DNA from: Hydrolagus colliei
Taxonomy: Eukaryota
DNA: 64,000 nt
NCBI GenBank assembly: GCA_035084275.1
Contig: CM068757.1
Location: forward strand, 5,952,001-6,016,000
Direction of reading: 5' to 3'
Part shown: in pieces, positions 10,681 through 22,922 of the stretch
Layout: every line of letters starts with the position of its first letter
How positions within the stretch are numbered: the first letter of the stretch is position 1
Notes under the pieces: generated by a model
Told to the model about the DNA's origin: nothing
Seen by the model: only the letters and a program-made list of their open reading frames with translations
Databases searched by the model: none
Translations under genes and position numbers: made by a program

Positions 10681-12180
10681 CAGCATACTCCCTGTTCTGC
10701 AACATTTTCTGTTGGTTTAGTTCAATGGAGTTAAATTTGCCTCTCGTTCAACTCTGTTTTATTTCCTCATTACTCCTAATCAACAACAACTGCAAAGTTG
10801 CATTTGTATGGCGCCTGCCTTTCAAAATATTTTGCCCACAAAATATACCGTCAATTCACTTTACAGTATATTCCGTGAAGCGCTTCGAGACATCTATAAA
10901 GCGTTGTACCAAATACAAGGGTTATTATTATTGTTATCATTTATACGCTCTTTAGTTCTTTCCTTTATAGTTTTCATTTAATCTTATATTTTTTCTCTCC
11001 TAATTTAAACAATTGATTGTTTCCCTGTTTCTTACATGTTGGGATTCATTTGCCGGTTCTAACCGAATGGGATGCTACCCTACGCCTGAGCGAGGGGCTC
11101 TAGATAAATGCAAATTGTTGGTGAAGCTGTTAATGAATGCTTGGAAACTCTCACTCCATTTCCTCCACTGGTTACATTTTTACAAGTTTCTGCCATCTCG
11201 TGGACAAAACAGACTTCGCAGAACTGTATTTGCCACTAAATTCTTCATCTGTGCATGAGTACAACCACTGAAGCATTGCTTTATGTGTGGTAGATCAGTG
11301 TACATTTCTGCAGAAATCATAAAATATTTTAAAGCTTTTTTTATTTTACATGAAACTCACTGTTGTTCCTTCTCATTTAAAAATGTGAGTCCTGCATTCC
11401 CCCCACCAACACCAAAATAGTTCAAATCCCAAAAGTCATGCTGAATGTTGGTTGCCATTTTTTGATCAAGCCATATCTGATGTGCAGTACTTTGTAATCC
11501 AGGCCACTACATCATAAGGAAGTCTGACACAGTAGAGATGATTTGATCATTAGAGTTAGAAGGATGCGCTTGGGGGCAATAACTAGCTATGTTGGAGCTT
11601 TCTTTCCTCAATAAAAAGATGTGGGAGGGGGGCATTATTGGGAAACAGTAAAGCCAGAACAATACTGTCTGAATCACAAGGGCAGCAGGAAAAGAAGGTT
11701 CAGGCACAGGTTCAGGATTGTGAAGTGCAAGACAAAGACCAGGAAGTATATCTGTACCCAGTGGCTAACCACCAGCTGCAAGTAGTTACCAGGAAAAATG
11801 GTTCATTTGCTTCTTCATTTGTTTAAAAAAACACCTAAGGTTTCAGTAACAGCTCGGATTAGTGGCATTTCACCAGCTTTGTGCTGGGTCCTCTGCTTCC
11901 CACAATATTAATCACCTGAATGTGATGAGTGTTAGAATGTTTAGGTCTGTGGGTGATAAATAAAAAGATCCTTGCATTTGATGTTGAGTCTTTCATGTGG
12001 GGAGGACATCTTAAATAGCTGCATAAAAGATTTGTATTTTGTCTAGTTTGTAGACAAACATGACAGCTAATTTGCACACAGAACAAACTATAGTAAATTG
12101 AGTGACCACCTTTTTTTAAATGGATTATTACCCCCCAGAAAGCAATCCGCTAATCGAATAACAACCAGGTTCCTACTTAC

Positions 12181-12303
12181 TGATAGGTGAACAGTGGCAT
12201 GTGGAGAAAGCAAACTTACCCAATGTTTCATCCTGCCTGGGAATCAAACCCAGGTCCTCTCACTTGCGAGGCGAGTGCTCTTATCACGAAGGTACAGGAC
12301 TCC
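12181..12303 (-). mobile_element. SINE 5' (tRNA-derived head) fragment
   Basis: Reverse complement reads GGAGTCCTGTAC..AGAGCACTCGCCTCGCAAGTGAGAGGACCTGGGTTTGATTCC, matching the heads of the full-length copies. Confidence 0.8.
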
Positions 12304-12408
12304 AGATGAATAGCGATTCCAAGTTAATGTTAAAAACTACAAGTTAATGCAGATGGCTACTCAAAATTACAAATAGAAATTAAGAATCTATTTGATGGAA
12401 AAAGTGCT

Positions 12409-12414
12409 TTTATT
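12409..12414 (-). terminator. Candidate ELF5 polyadenylation signal
   Basis: AATAAA on the minus strand about 570 nt after the ELF5 stop, followed by U-rich sequence. Confidence 0.45.
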
Positions 12415-12985
12415 GCTTAAAAATAAAAGTAATTTATAAAACGTTTGTAGCATTCATACATGTTACTATTTTAGAATGTACATTCCTGCAATACCCATGT
12501 GACAGAGAAGTCTCCAGCCATCCAGTGATGTAAACTCTGCTCACATGGACACCGTAAAGACAGGCACTGTGGAATCTGAAAGTTATGAACAGAAGATCAC
12601 AATAATAATAACCAAAATATAACCTAACAAAGTACGAAATACCCTTGCATTTGTTAGTAGGTATTAACACCTGCTATATTTGGACTGTTCAAAGTATCTA
12701 TGATAGTATTTACAACTTGAAATAGGATGCCTGAAATTCTCTTCATAACCAACTTTTTGAATACTTGGGTTCTTCATACGCTATATTCTTCATGAGAAAC
12801 TTCATAATAACAGTAAAACCATAGAGTTAAACTCCATCTCTGTATAACATTCAAGTAGAAAATACGATGGTAGGTGACGGTATGATGGTAGCCGAGGTAG
12901 GTTCGACCATTGCCACCCATTTGTGCCTGGTCTGAAGATGGTACACACTGAATGTCTCTTTACTCAAGTTGTAGTTGGAGGTCTT

Positions 12986-15900
12986 CTATCTCCAGCCATA
13001 AGCATTCCTTCCAAACTTGTACATTAACCTCCTGTCGACTCGGTCCAGAATGCCAGTTTTATAATAATGCCTGAAAAGCAAAATACTGTACAATGAAATT
13101 ACACCTTGATCCAAACAGGATCTGGTGTATGTGTTGTGCCCTTGCGATAAGCCATCTCTCTTTATCACTGTCCCAATCGTGTGTTAATTAATAATAATAT
13201 TTGCATTTGCCTGCCTTACACATAGTTGAGACATCTCAAAACACTTAACAGGATTATGCATATTTTGCAGGCAAAATTTGGAAGTCAATTATATAATATT
13301 ATGGTTTACTATAATTTAAAGATCGTATTAAATACAATTTGTAGAACTTTACATATTCTAGACACTCTGAAATTTTGCATTAATATATAAACCTGAAGAC
13401 ACTCAGCCTCCGCTGCCTACGCACACCATCCCTCTAGGCGCTTTGATCTCAGGTGTAAGAAGTTTCAGCAGAGTTTTGTGTATGAAGGTGGGTCATTGTT
13501 GTAACATTAAATTAACCACATGAGCAATTCTCAAAATATGCAGACATCCCAAGGGGGAAAATTTCCACCTGGGCCCAGATTTTCTCTGTTAATACAGCAT
13601 TTCATAGTTCCAGAAAAAAAATGGAGAATTTGGGAAACATGTTGAATTCAGTTTCACCATCGAAGCTCATTTACTGTAGCTTCTGAAAAGAACTTTTCAT
13701 CAATATATAACTTTTCAGAAGAACGTTTTCTGAAAAAAGAACTTTTCAGAAATCCGGCTTCACAATTTAAAGATCGCATTAAATACAATTTGTAGAACTT
13801 CACATATTCTAGGACACTCTGAAATTTTGCATTAATTAGAGTAATATATAATCCGAGGTAGAAGTTCAACCTATCACTCCATCATCTCTCAAATCCTCTG
13901 CTGACACACTGTAATGGATGTACACTTATTCTTTTCCATGTTAAACTGGACCAAAGGTGCTGCTTGTTATTTGCTGGAGAAGCAAAACACGATTACCTCA
14001 AAGCCCTGCTAAGTTTCTCATAGGTCATCCGCTCGTTCTTTTTTCGCCGGCCCCACAGTTTTGCCAGTGAATCAGATTTTAAAACTTTGAAGATTCCTTC
14101 CTTCCTGTCTTCCCACTTCAGTACGCCATTGTTTTCCTCCGGGGAGAGGAGAAGATCTCGGACAAACTCCCAGAGATGATGACCTTGTAAACCTGAGGGC
14201 GAAACTAGAGATCAGAAACACTGACTGTCCAGCGTCTTGGGACGTCCTCCTGATGTGAAAGGCACTATGCAAGTGTAATTTTGTTGTTGTTGTTGTTGTT
14301 GTTGAGTTGCCGGAGTGACTTGCATGTGTTACATGTCAGAGCACTTTCCAATTAGAAGCAACCAGTGTCAGCATCAACTATTGTACTACATCAATCACTC
14401 CAGGTCAAGGTGTATGCATGGTCGTGTTAAGTGTTTTGAGATGTCTCAACTATGTGTAAGGCAGGCAACAACAGCATAATTATAGCCAGCTTTTCACGTC
14501 AGTAGGACAACCCAAGGCACTGAAATGTAGAATGTAGCACATAGACGGACAAACTGAGGACAGACTAAGGGTCAGACTTAAAGGACCAGTGTGCTAATCC
14601 ACTGCAGCATAGCTACTTAAGTACTATACGAAGCGCTCCAAGATGACGTCCGGCGTGAAGGGCGCTACATAAATGCAAGTTGTCGTGGTTGTTGAATACC
14701 ATGGTCCACAAACCCGGCTGCTTGTATTCAAAGCTCTGCTTTTCAGGTAAATTTTATAGTCAAGGGTGGCTGTAGTGTTGATCACTTTATGATTTTCTCC
14801 TTCCCAGCCTCCTCTTCCGCGCCTGAGTCCAGCGTATTGTAGACCTACTACTGCTCCAGGCTAACACTGCTCACACCAGGCCGTGGCTTGACCGGCCGAA
14901 TTGAGCTCATAAATGCAATTAACAAAATGAGCCACAGCATGCAACTTTTAGACCAGTGGTTCTCAACCTTTTTCAGTAATGTATCCCTGGTTCATTTTCA
15001 ACATTATCGTGTACCCCCACCCAACCACACACACACCACCACCCTTATTCCACTTGCATTTTCTGACCAAGCTTTTCTTATACCTGTACAACAAAATATA
15101 ACTAGCACATACAAAACAAGGGGAATAACAATTAAATATACAATTTGGAAGGCTACTAAACTCTAAATAAGAGAGCTAAAAAAATCAACCTGTACCCATT
15201 GGAAGTAATTTTGTACCCCCTGAAGTACATGGATCCCTGGTTGAGAATCACTGTTTTAGACAACAGAGTGACCAACCAAATGCAGTGATGCCTGGTGGCA
15301 ACTCAGGACTGACGTATACCAGGATGTGCAGTTGTGGTGCAACCGATATTGCGAATGTTAAGAGTCCTCATCACATTCTTTATTAGCTTCAAAATAAGCT
15401 AAATCATGTATTTGTTTACCAATTCCTTGCAGCAGAACTGCAGCAGGAGCTGGTCTATTTTTAAAAAATGTATTTATTAATTTAGTTGACGGAAGCCGCT
15501 TATTTTTCCTGGGGGGGTGGGGGTTTTCGCGATAAATTTCTTGGAGCTGTGCTCGAAGCCAGAGAGAAACCATTTAGGACAGGAGGAGAATAGTGGAGGA
15601 GCCGCAGCGAGGAGAGTCAATGTGGAGAGCTGGTTGACTGTGTTGTCGCCGAATGCCCTCGAAGGGGTGAGGACAATTACTCGATTCAAATATGTGTCAA
15701 ATCACCTCTACGGGGAAGCCATTAATCTCATGTATCAGTTTCCTCCAGAAAGGCTGATATCTAGTCATTCCGGGCAAAAATTCCATTTCGACAGAATTTC
15801 ATCAATCGCCTGAAGGGGAGTGGTCGACGGGGAAATAAAACTAAGAAATAAACTGATATTGAGATCCAACGAGGGAAGAGGAAGGGTCATTTCTTATGTG

Positions 15901-18900
15901 TTTATTGCTCATGGAGTCTGCACGACAGTTCATTGTTTTATCTCAATTAACCAAACCAAATGTAAAACCGCATTCCACTTCCTGAAACACGATATAGCAG
16001 GCCAGGTTTCTCAATCAGAAACAGTCCTGAGGTACAAAACTAGGTTGGTTACTGTTACAGTTTGTAAGATACAATACAAGGCTGGTTTACCCGGTTTATT
16101 GGTTTAGGTCATGCAAGGTCTGACATCTTCTGAGATAAGATAGGAGGGAGACTATTTAAGGCTCTGCAGGAACTGACATATCCTGAGCAGTTGTGGGTGT
16201 AAAGTCGCAAACAGAGATTTAGGGTAATCTGCTGCTACAGTGCTCAAAATAGTTAAATTCGATCCTCTACTTCTCTCGTAACATTTTATTTCATAACTAA
16301 TCTGGTTTATCTCTTGTACTTCAGCTAAAACAATGAGCTTTCTGAGGAATGTGGTTTGCTTTCCACAACAAGGTGCAATTGTTCAGGTGACAGGAGTAAC
16401 AGCCAACCTTAGCAACGGGATCAAAGCCTAGCACACAGATTAATAACTGTGCACAGACACTTGGGCTGCCCAGTTACATCAGTCAGCATAATTACTGTCA
16501 GATTCAAAAAATGTGAAAACTCTTGTGGACATGTACTTTGACTTGTTTAACAAGCTTTCGTGACACAACCAAATCTGCAAGGTGAGGCATTACAAAAGAT
16601 CCAGCTATCGAAACAAACGTGTGATTGAAATCTAGCCTAATAGAAAGCTTAATATGCTTTACCATCCCTCCAGATTTTTTACTTTCCTTGGCACAGGGTT
16701 ACTGAGACGTTAGCCTGACTAAATTGGCAGCACTCAGAGTTGGTGAGGGCTCTGAGTAGTTGGAGGTGTTGTGCTTCATTTACCAATAATAATAATAATC
16801 CTTGCATTTGATATAGCGCTTTTCACATCTCCTAAGCATCTCAAAACACTTCACAGAATATACTGTAAAGGGAATTGACTGTATATTTGTGGGCAAAACG
16901 TGGCAGCTAATTGCACACAGCAGTGTCCCACAAACAGGCGTGGATTAAAATGACCAATTTGTCATTATTAGGTTTGAGAGATTATTATCAGTATACGGAG
17001 TAAGGAAACTTGCCCAAGGTTTCACCCTGCCCTGGAATTGACGCCAGGTCCCTCGCTTGTAATGCGAGTGCTCTAACCACCGAGCTACAGAACTCCATTA
17101 TGAAACATTAACCCAATATCCTATTTCTCTGTTCACGTCAACATCAAAGATCCCCTAACCTCTCCATTATTATGAGCTTTACAATATCAAAACAAAGATT
17201 CAGATGATTAAGATGAGCTGCAAACTATTTTTGCTGAGACAGTGTTTCCAGCCAGCATAAATACAGTTCATCAATTTGTACAATGTTCCAAAAGACTCAC
17301 TCACCAGCGTGTTTTTTTGCAGAAATGCTCTGCTCTTGGCTTCCTTTGAAACATCCTGCATTTTGTTCCAAACTGACTGTCCCTTAAATTTAAGTTTTAA
17401 AAAAAAGGTTCAGTGGAACATTCACTAGGATTGACTTCAAATAAAATATTTTTGTCCCTTTTAATCCAACATCCTGCTCACTGGACTCCCAGGCACCTAC
17501 TCGCACAAGCTGCAGACCATCCAGAATTGTGCAGCTTGTGTCCTCTCCCACAATCAAATTAAACCCATCCTCCCTAGGCTTCAATAGTCTGGCACCCTCC
17601 AGTCCCATCTTCCCTTGGCTCCACTGACTCCCTATTCACCCCACCTAATTCCCCATTCCTCATTCATCTCCACTGGTTCCCCATTCCCTCTGTCAAAGTG
17701 TTTTTGGAAGAGATTTATGTCCAGAATCCAAACATTTCAGACAAGAGCTTGACTTGTTTACTTACTTTCATCAACATGGGGTTCTTTGTCAACAGGATCA
17801 CATACCAGAGGGAGATCTGCTGAATGAAGGAATGACACCATTTTAATCTACAGATTTAAGGCTGTTGGCTCTAAATGTTTTACAGATGCAATGGCCCACA
17901 AACAAATGGGCTCATTTTCAATATTATTGCAGAATTTGATGTGTCCAGAAGGGTTCCATTCTGAAATAGATGGTGAGATCAGTGGTGTCTGACACACCAA
18001 TACTATCAGTCCATGGCTTTTTGATCTGAGGTTCCCAGTGGCATACGTCTGTAAACATACAAATACCTGTGACAGTTTGCCCTTACATGTTGTGTCTGGA
18101 TCAGTATATTGTGGGTTAAACCTCGCCCTCTAGCTGGCCTCCTTCAAGTGCCACCTCAAGACCCTCCTCTTCGACGGTCCCATCGGTCACCCCAAATCCC
18201 CCCTTCCACTCCACCTTCCTCATCCCCCGACCCCAGCTCAGGTCTGAAACAATGACTGTCCAGCGCCTTGGTACGTCCTCCTGACGGTGAAAGGTGCTAT
18301 ACAGGTGTCATTTTGTTGTTGTTGTTGCATTCTGATTATCAGAAATACCTAGTTTGCTTCTTCCCATTTAATGCTTTTCTTTTCCCTCCCAAAGAAACGT
18401 TTCATCCAGTGGAGTCGCCAAAGTCATCTAATGAAACTGTTACCTTTGCCTTGCAGTTGGTGTAGGATATTGTAAAGGATTTCTCCATAAATTCCAGTTG
18501 CAGAAATGAACTGTAGTTGAGTCATGCTGCACAGCTGTCTGCCATTGACATTGAACTGGGCAAAAGGGATGCAGTTTGCGTCCAGTTTATGCTGATCACA
18601 ACAGAACTGCAGCCACTCCCAAACATGCCTGTTGCTCCATTCCTCAGGAGGAATTGAGGACCAGGATTTGTTGGAAACTGAAAACAAAATTCATCTTATT
18701 TCAATGTACATCAGGAGCATAAACAAACATTCTCTCTCAAAATCCCCAGAGTTTATGCCACGCCTCTCTAATCTTTGAACACGACAATTACATTTTTTTT
18801 AAATGAATAACCCTTGCAATTTGAATGCAGCATCTTTCACATTGGGAGGATGCTTCCAAAGATAATACCATAAAGTGTAGTGTCTGTTTATTCTGTAGGC

Positions 18901-19512
18901 AAACTTTCTTGGCTTAGAGCATTCTCATAGTTATTCACCTTGTAACATAATAACAGCTAATCAATTTAAGAGCAAATGCATGGAATGTTCTACTCTTCCA
19001 TTGCTTAGAATGCCTTTAGCTCCTGCCAAAATCATGCTGTAAGATGATCGGTGGGGGAAACAAAAACACCTATTTCTTCCCCCTTCCTTATCTCTCCATC
19101 ACCTCAATGAGCCTAGCAGGAAAGTCTGTGTTGGTGAAAACAATGAAGCTTGTGATGGTGACTGTAGGCAAATAGCCGGCCCACAGTCACTGTCTACACT
19201 CACTCACTGCCACAGCTCTTCAGTGAAAAACATAAAATACAGACGTTGAAAAATTCCCTCTGGTGTAGGCCATCTGATATAATCTCCAGCATCTACTTCC
19301 CCTGGAAGAAACCATTTTTGACCCAGATGAACTCCATCTATGATAGGTAAACTGGATAATCTTGTAACCACCATCAAATGCAAAAGAAATAGTACAGTAC
19401 CTCCATAACCATCTGTATTGGGCCATTCCAGCTGTTCATAGAGCATTGACCAACTCAAGGGGCTATAAAGAATGAGTCCAGGTCCACAACTGCTGTCATA
19501 AGTGTCCAACAT
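12986..19512 (-). CDS. ELF5: ETS factor ELF5 (PNT plus ETS domain), 248 aa, 6 coding exons
   Basis: Exons 19512-19401, 18677-18444, 17816-17766 (or 17819), 17373-17305, 14192-13997, 13070-12986; all GT-AG and phase-compatible (747 nt). PNT: [24 protein letters not shown]; ETS: [60 protein letters not shown] and MLD..PLSW favour ELF5 over EHF. The exon 5 acceptor is weak, so that exon is less certain. Confidence 0.9.
13313..13836 (+). repeat. Approx. 72-bp direct duplication (13313-13384 and 13764-13836) in ELF5 last intron
   Basis: AATTTAAAGATCG(T/C)ATTAAATACAATTTGTAGAACTT(T/C)ACATATTCTAG(G)ACACTCTGAAATTTTGCATTAAT occurs twice with 2 substitutions and 1 indel. Confidence 0.9.
14954..15253. 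mobile_element. 300-bp non-autonomous hAT (Charlie-type) MITE
   Basis: TIRs CAGTGGTTCTCAACC (14954-14968) and GGTTGAGAATCACTG (15239-15253), 14/15 match; perfect 8-bp TSD TTTTAGAC at 14946-14953 and 15254-15261. Confidence 0.93.
16785..17096 (-). mobile_element. Full-length tRNA-headed Deu-domain SINE (approx. 310 bp)
   Basis: Head GGAGTTCTGTAGCTCGGTGGTTAGAGC, B-box-like segment, Deu core and (ATT)n tail on the minus strand. Confidence 0.92.
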
Positions 19513-19842
19513 TGTGCTGTAAAATGTGGATAAAAAGGTTTATTTCCAATGCACTACATATTTTCAATGGAGGAGCCACAGAATGAATTCTGGTCGTGTT
19601 TAGTATGAGGGAGAGAGGGAAATCAGGACCGATGCCAATGTACGAGGTCAGCCAGACAGGCAACCTCACATATTTTATTAACTGGTTCAGGGAGGCGTCT
19701 TAGACTGCAGGAGAATCGTAGTTCTTATAATGGAACAATAGTGGGAAATAAAATAATACAATTAAAATTGCCGGTGAATACACCGGTGCCATGCTCGGCA
19801 AAGGATGAGATTCTCCCATCGCAACAGAAGCGTTGAGTCCTT

Positions 19843-20137
19843 TCAACAACAACACTTATAATAACACCCTCCATGCAAAATAATGTCTCAGTGCGCTTAA
19901 AAGTGACTCCGAGCTGGGGTGAGGGTGGGAGTAAGTATGCTTGAAGAGGAAGGTCTTCAGGTGGGACTTGAAAAAGGGGAGGGGCCAGGAGACAGTTGAC
20001 CGGAGGGACCAAGTGGATTGTGGTGTGATGAGGTCGAACGGGTAGGGAGGTGCCAAGGAGTGAAGGGATTTGAACACAAGTGTGAGAATCTTGAAGTCGA
20101 TCCGTTCGGTGTTGGGGCGCCAGTGAAGCCTGGCCAG
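19843..20137 (-). mobile_element. L2 LINE 3' fragment
   Basis: Minus strand encodes LARLHWRP..ERIDFKILTLVFKSLHSLAPPY..FKSHLKTFLFK (L2 ORF2 C-terminus), followed by a (TTG)n tail. Confidence 0.85.
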
Positions 20138-20154
20138 AACTGTTGAGAACTGTG

Positions 20155-20475
20155 CAGCTCCTATAGCTCAGTGGTTAGAGCACTTGCCTTACAAGCTTGA
20201 GACCTGTGTTTGAATCCAGGCAGATCAGGGTGAAACCTTGGGCACGTTTCCTTACTCCACACGCCTAATAATAATCCGTCCCCAAAAAACACAATAATAA
20301 ATATTGGTCATTTCGATCCACGACTGTTTGTGGGACACTGCTGTGTGCAATTGGCTGCCACGTTTCGCCCATAAATATACAGTCAATTCACTTTACAGTA
20401 TATTCTGTGAAGCACTTTGAGACATCGATAAGATGTGAAAAGCGCTATATCAAATGCAAAGATTATAATTATTAT
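20155..20475 (+). mobile_element. Full-length tRNA-headed Deu-domain SINE
   Basis: CTATAGCTCAGTGGTTAGAGCACTTGCCTTACAAGC head, Deu core and tail. Confidence 0.92.
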
Positions 20476-20800
20476 ACTATCATATGTCATTGTCATATTG
20501 CCTTATTTGGGTTTGAAGAAACTGCTCTGTTTTCACAGTTCTATACCTCACATTTATCTGTAAAGTGCATGATTCGGCAAAGGTTTACCGCATCTGTGGA
20601 ATGAAGCTGATGATGAATGTTAGCAAAACAGAAACAAATTCCCATCAGTACTTTCACACACAGGTGCTGAATACGAGCAGTAGGAACCTCAACCGATAGC
20701 CCTTTCCAAGAGGAGTGAAGCTAATTGTAGTGTATCCAAGGCTACCGTGACTAACTTAGAATAGGGAGCTAATGTTATACTAATGCTAATGTTATACAGT

Positions 20801-21113
20801 AATAAAATAATATTCCTTGCATTTGATATAGCGCTTTTCACATCTTCCGGACATCTCAAAATGCTTCACGGAATATATTGGAGAAGTGAATTCACAGAAT
20901 TGAATGTATATTCAAAGGGGGGAAACACGGCAGCCAATTGCACACAGCAGTGTCCTACAAACAGTCGTGGATAGGAGTGACCAATTTTGTTATCTTGGGG
21001 GATTAATATCAGGCATGTGGAGAAAGGAAACTTGTCCAAGGTTTCGCTCTGCCAGGAATCAAATTCAGGTCTCTCGCTTGCAAGGCGAGTGCTCTAACCA
21101 CTGAGCTACAGGA
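20801..21113 (-). mobile_element. Full-length tRNA-headed Deu-domain SINE
   Basis: Same architecture on the minus strand; head anticodon loop CTTGCAA. Confidence 0.9.
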
Positions 21114-21885
21114 CAACATAGCTCACAATCTAACCAAATAGAAAATTCTTGTGCTCAGACTTAACCTGACAATCAATTTTCCACAGTTCTTATTAAGAAC
21201 CCAGATTCCAAATTGAGTTTAATTTTGCCTATTCATTCTTAAGACAAAATAGTCTTACTGGCTACGACTGGGTGGAATTTCATGCCATGCTGTATGAGTC
21301 GCCACCTTCAGAAGCAGAAGATTCAAAATTCAAAAGCAACAGACCTTAGAGAACTTTTATTGCTTTCATTGAATACCTTGATTATATTCCTAATCTAAAA
21401 GTAAACAACCCTGATACCTTATCAGATACCAATGTTGAAACATCTGAAAATGCCTCACAGGATTCAATGTAGAGTACAAATACAATGACTATTTGACCTT
21501 AGCAAGCAATTCGCACACAGGAATGTCCCCCAGCCATGAAGTGAATAGCCAAGTGTTTGGGGACCAGTTTTAATCTGGCAGCATTTCCTTCTCTGTTTTT
21601 GAATAGTGCCGACGAGATCTTAAAAGTACTGTACATCTGAATAGGAAGACGGGCGCTTGGTTTAACATCTCAACTGAACGTCAGAACCTCCAATAATACT
21701 GCACTGGAGTGTCAACTTAAACCATGAGCTCAAAGTACCCAATGTGTGAGTTTGAACCGAAAGCCTTCTGACTTGGAGGTGAGAGTGATACCAACCGATC
21801 TAAACTGGAACCTGGCAACCTCGATCAATTCAGAAAGATAGCATGTGATACATTTATACACATTTATAAGTCAAAATCTACTCAC

Positions 21886-22125
21886 CCACGACTGAATAAT
21901 GTCTAGAATAAATCAACTCTGCTCAACCTAGCAAGGAGTATAAATCAACACAAAGAGCAGCACCTCTCTGCTTTCACTGATTTTATATATTACGCACAAC
22001 CACACCCTCTTTGAGCTCACAGAAATATCTACATATCTATGTAAATGAAACTAGGGAAAGTTTTACCGGAACAGGTGTGGCTGCATCTTGTTGTTCTTTA
22101 GCTGATAATTACTAATGCAAATCCG
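21886..22125 (-). promoter_or_regulatory. ELF5: Predicted ELF5 non-coding exon 1 and promoter
   Basis: TATATAAAA on the minus strand (21981-21989), donor GTGG|GTGAGT (exon ends 21886), ETS site ACCGGAA 22065-22071, E-box CAGGTG 22072-22077, octamer ATGCAAAT 22115-22122; acceptor TTTTACAG|CACAATG just before the ATG. Confidence 0.5.
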
Positions 22126-22499
22126 GTTGAGTCTTAGAGTAATTGAACACGTCCAGGTACATAATGAATAAATATGGAAGAAAAAAAGGTCATGAGCAAA
22201 GCAATGCTGGGGTATTTTTCACCCTCAGCGCCTTGGGATGTCTTCCCAATGTGAAAGGCACTCTATAAATATAACTTTGTTGTTGCTGTTGTTGTATAAA
22301 GTGGTAAGAAATCTTTATCATCCTAAGAGTCGACAGTTACAGCCACGCAAGAGCTCCATCTAAAGTTTTAATGTTGATAAGGTTACGGATCACTCATAAG
22401 CTCTCTTAAGACAAATGCTTCAGTTGGAGCCCTTTTTCATATAGCCAAACAATTTCAGGATTTTGTTGGCACTTGGCCCTCTATATTACTCTATACCAC

Positions 22500-22685
22500 A
22501 ATAATAAAAAATGGGTAATTTTCAATCCACGACTGTTTGTGGGACACTGCTGTGCGCAATTGGCTGCCTTGTTTCGCCCACAAATATACAATCAATTCAC
22601 TTTACAGTACATTCTATGAAGCGCTTTGAGACGTCGATAAGATGTGAAAAGCCCTATATCAAATGAAAGGATTATTATTATACTG
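22500..22685 (+). mobile_element. 5'-truncated Deu-domain SINE
   Basis: Deu core and tail match the family. Confidence 0.85.
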
Positions 22686-22922
22686 TACATTATCAAGGAA
22701 ATGAGTAGAGATCACTCCTCTATCATTGGTATACTTTCCCCTCACCCAGCCCAGATCCTCACCCTCTCTGCAATCGCATGCCACTCACTGGTTACCACTC
22801 ATGTTTGCACTCATCCACATACAAGTATTAAATTAGCTATTTATACAGCATGCAACAAGCAGCACATGGTGCATGAATCACAATTTTACAGCCCTGCTTT
22901 CTGGTGAGATTACTTCCTTGTA

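Noticed and set aside
1-12000. Recombination signal sequences or RAG-transposon TIRs around RAG1/RAG2
   Set aside because: CACTGTG at about 2245 and 3791 have no nonamer at 12 or 23 bp. RAG1 lacks the C-terminal CxxC..GH..C motif of RAG1L and RAG2 has hinge plus PHD, so this is a domesticated locus. CACAGTG at about 51412 has only a 6-bp spacer to a nonamer-like sequence.
12851-12985. 44 open codons after the ELF5 TAG (read-through or premature stop?)
   Set aside because: A run this long is not unlikely by chance; the ETS domain is complete and the reference protein ends only a few residues later.
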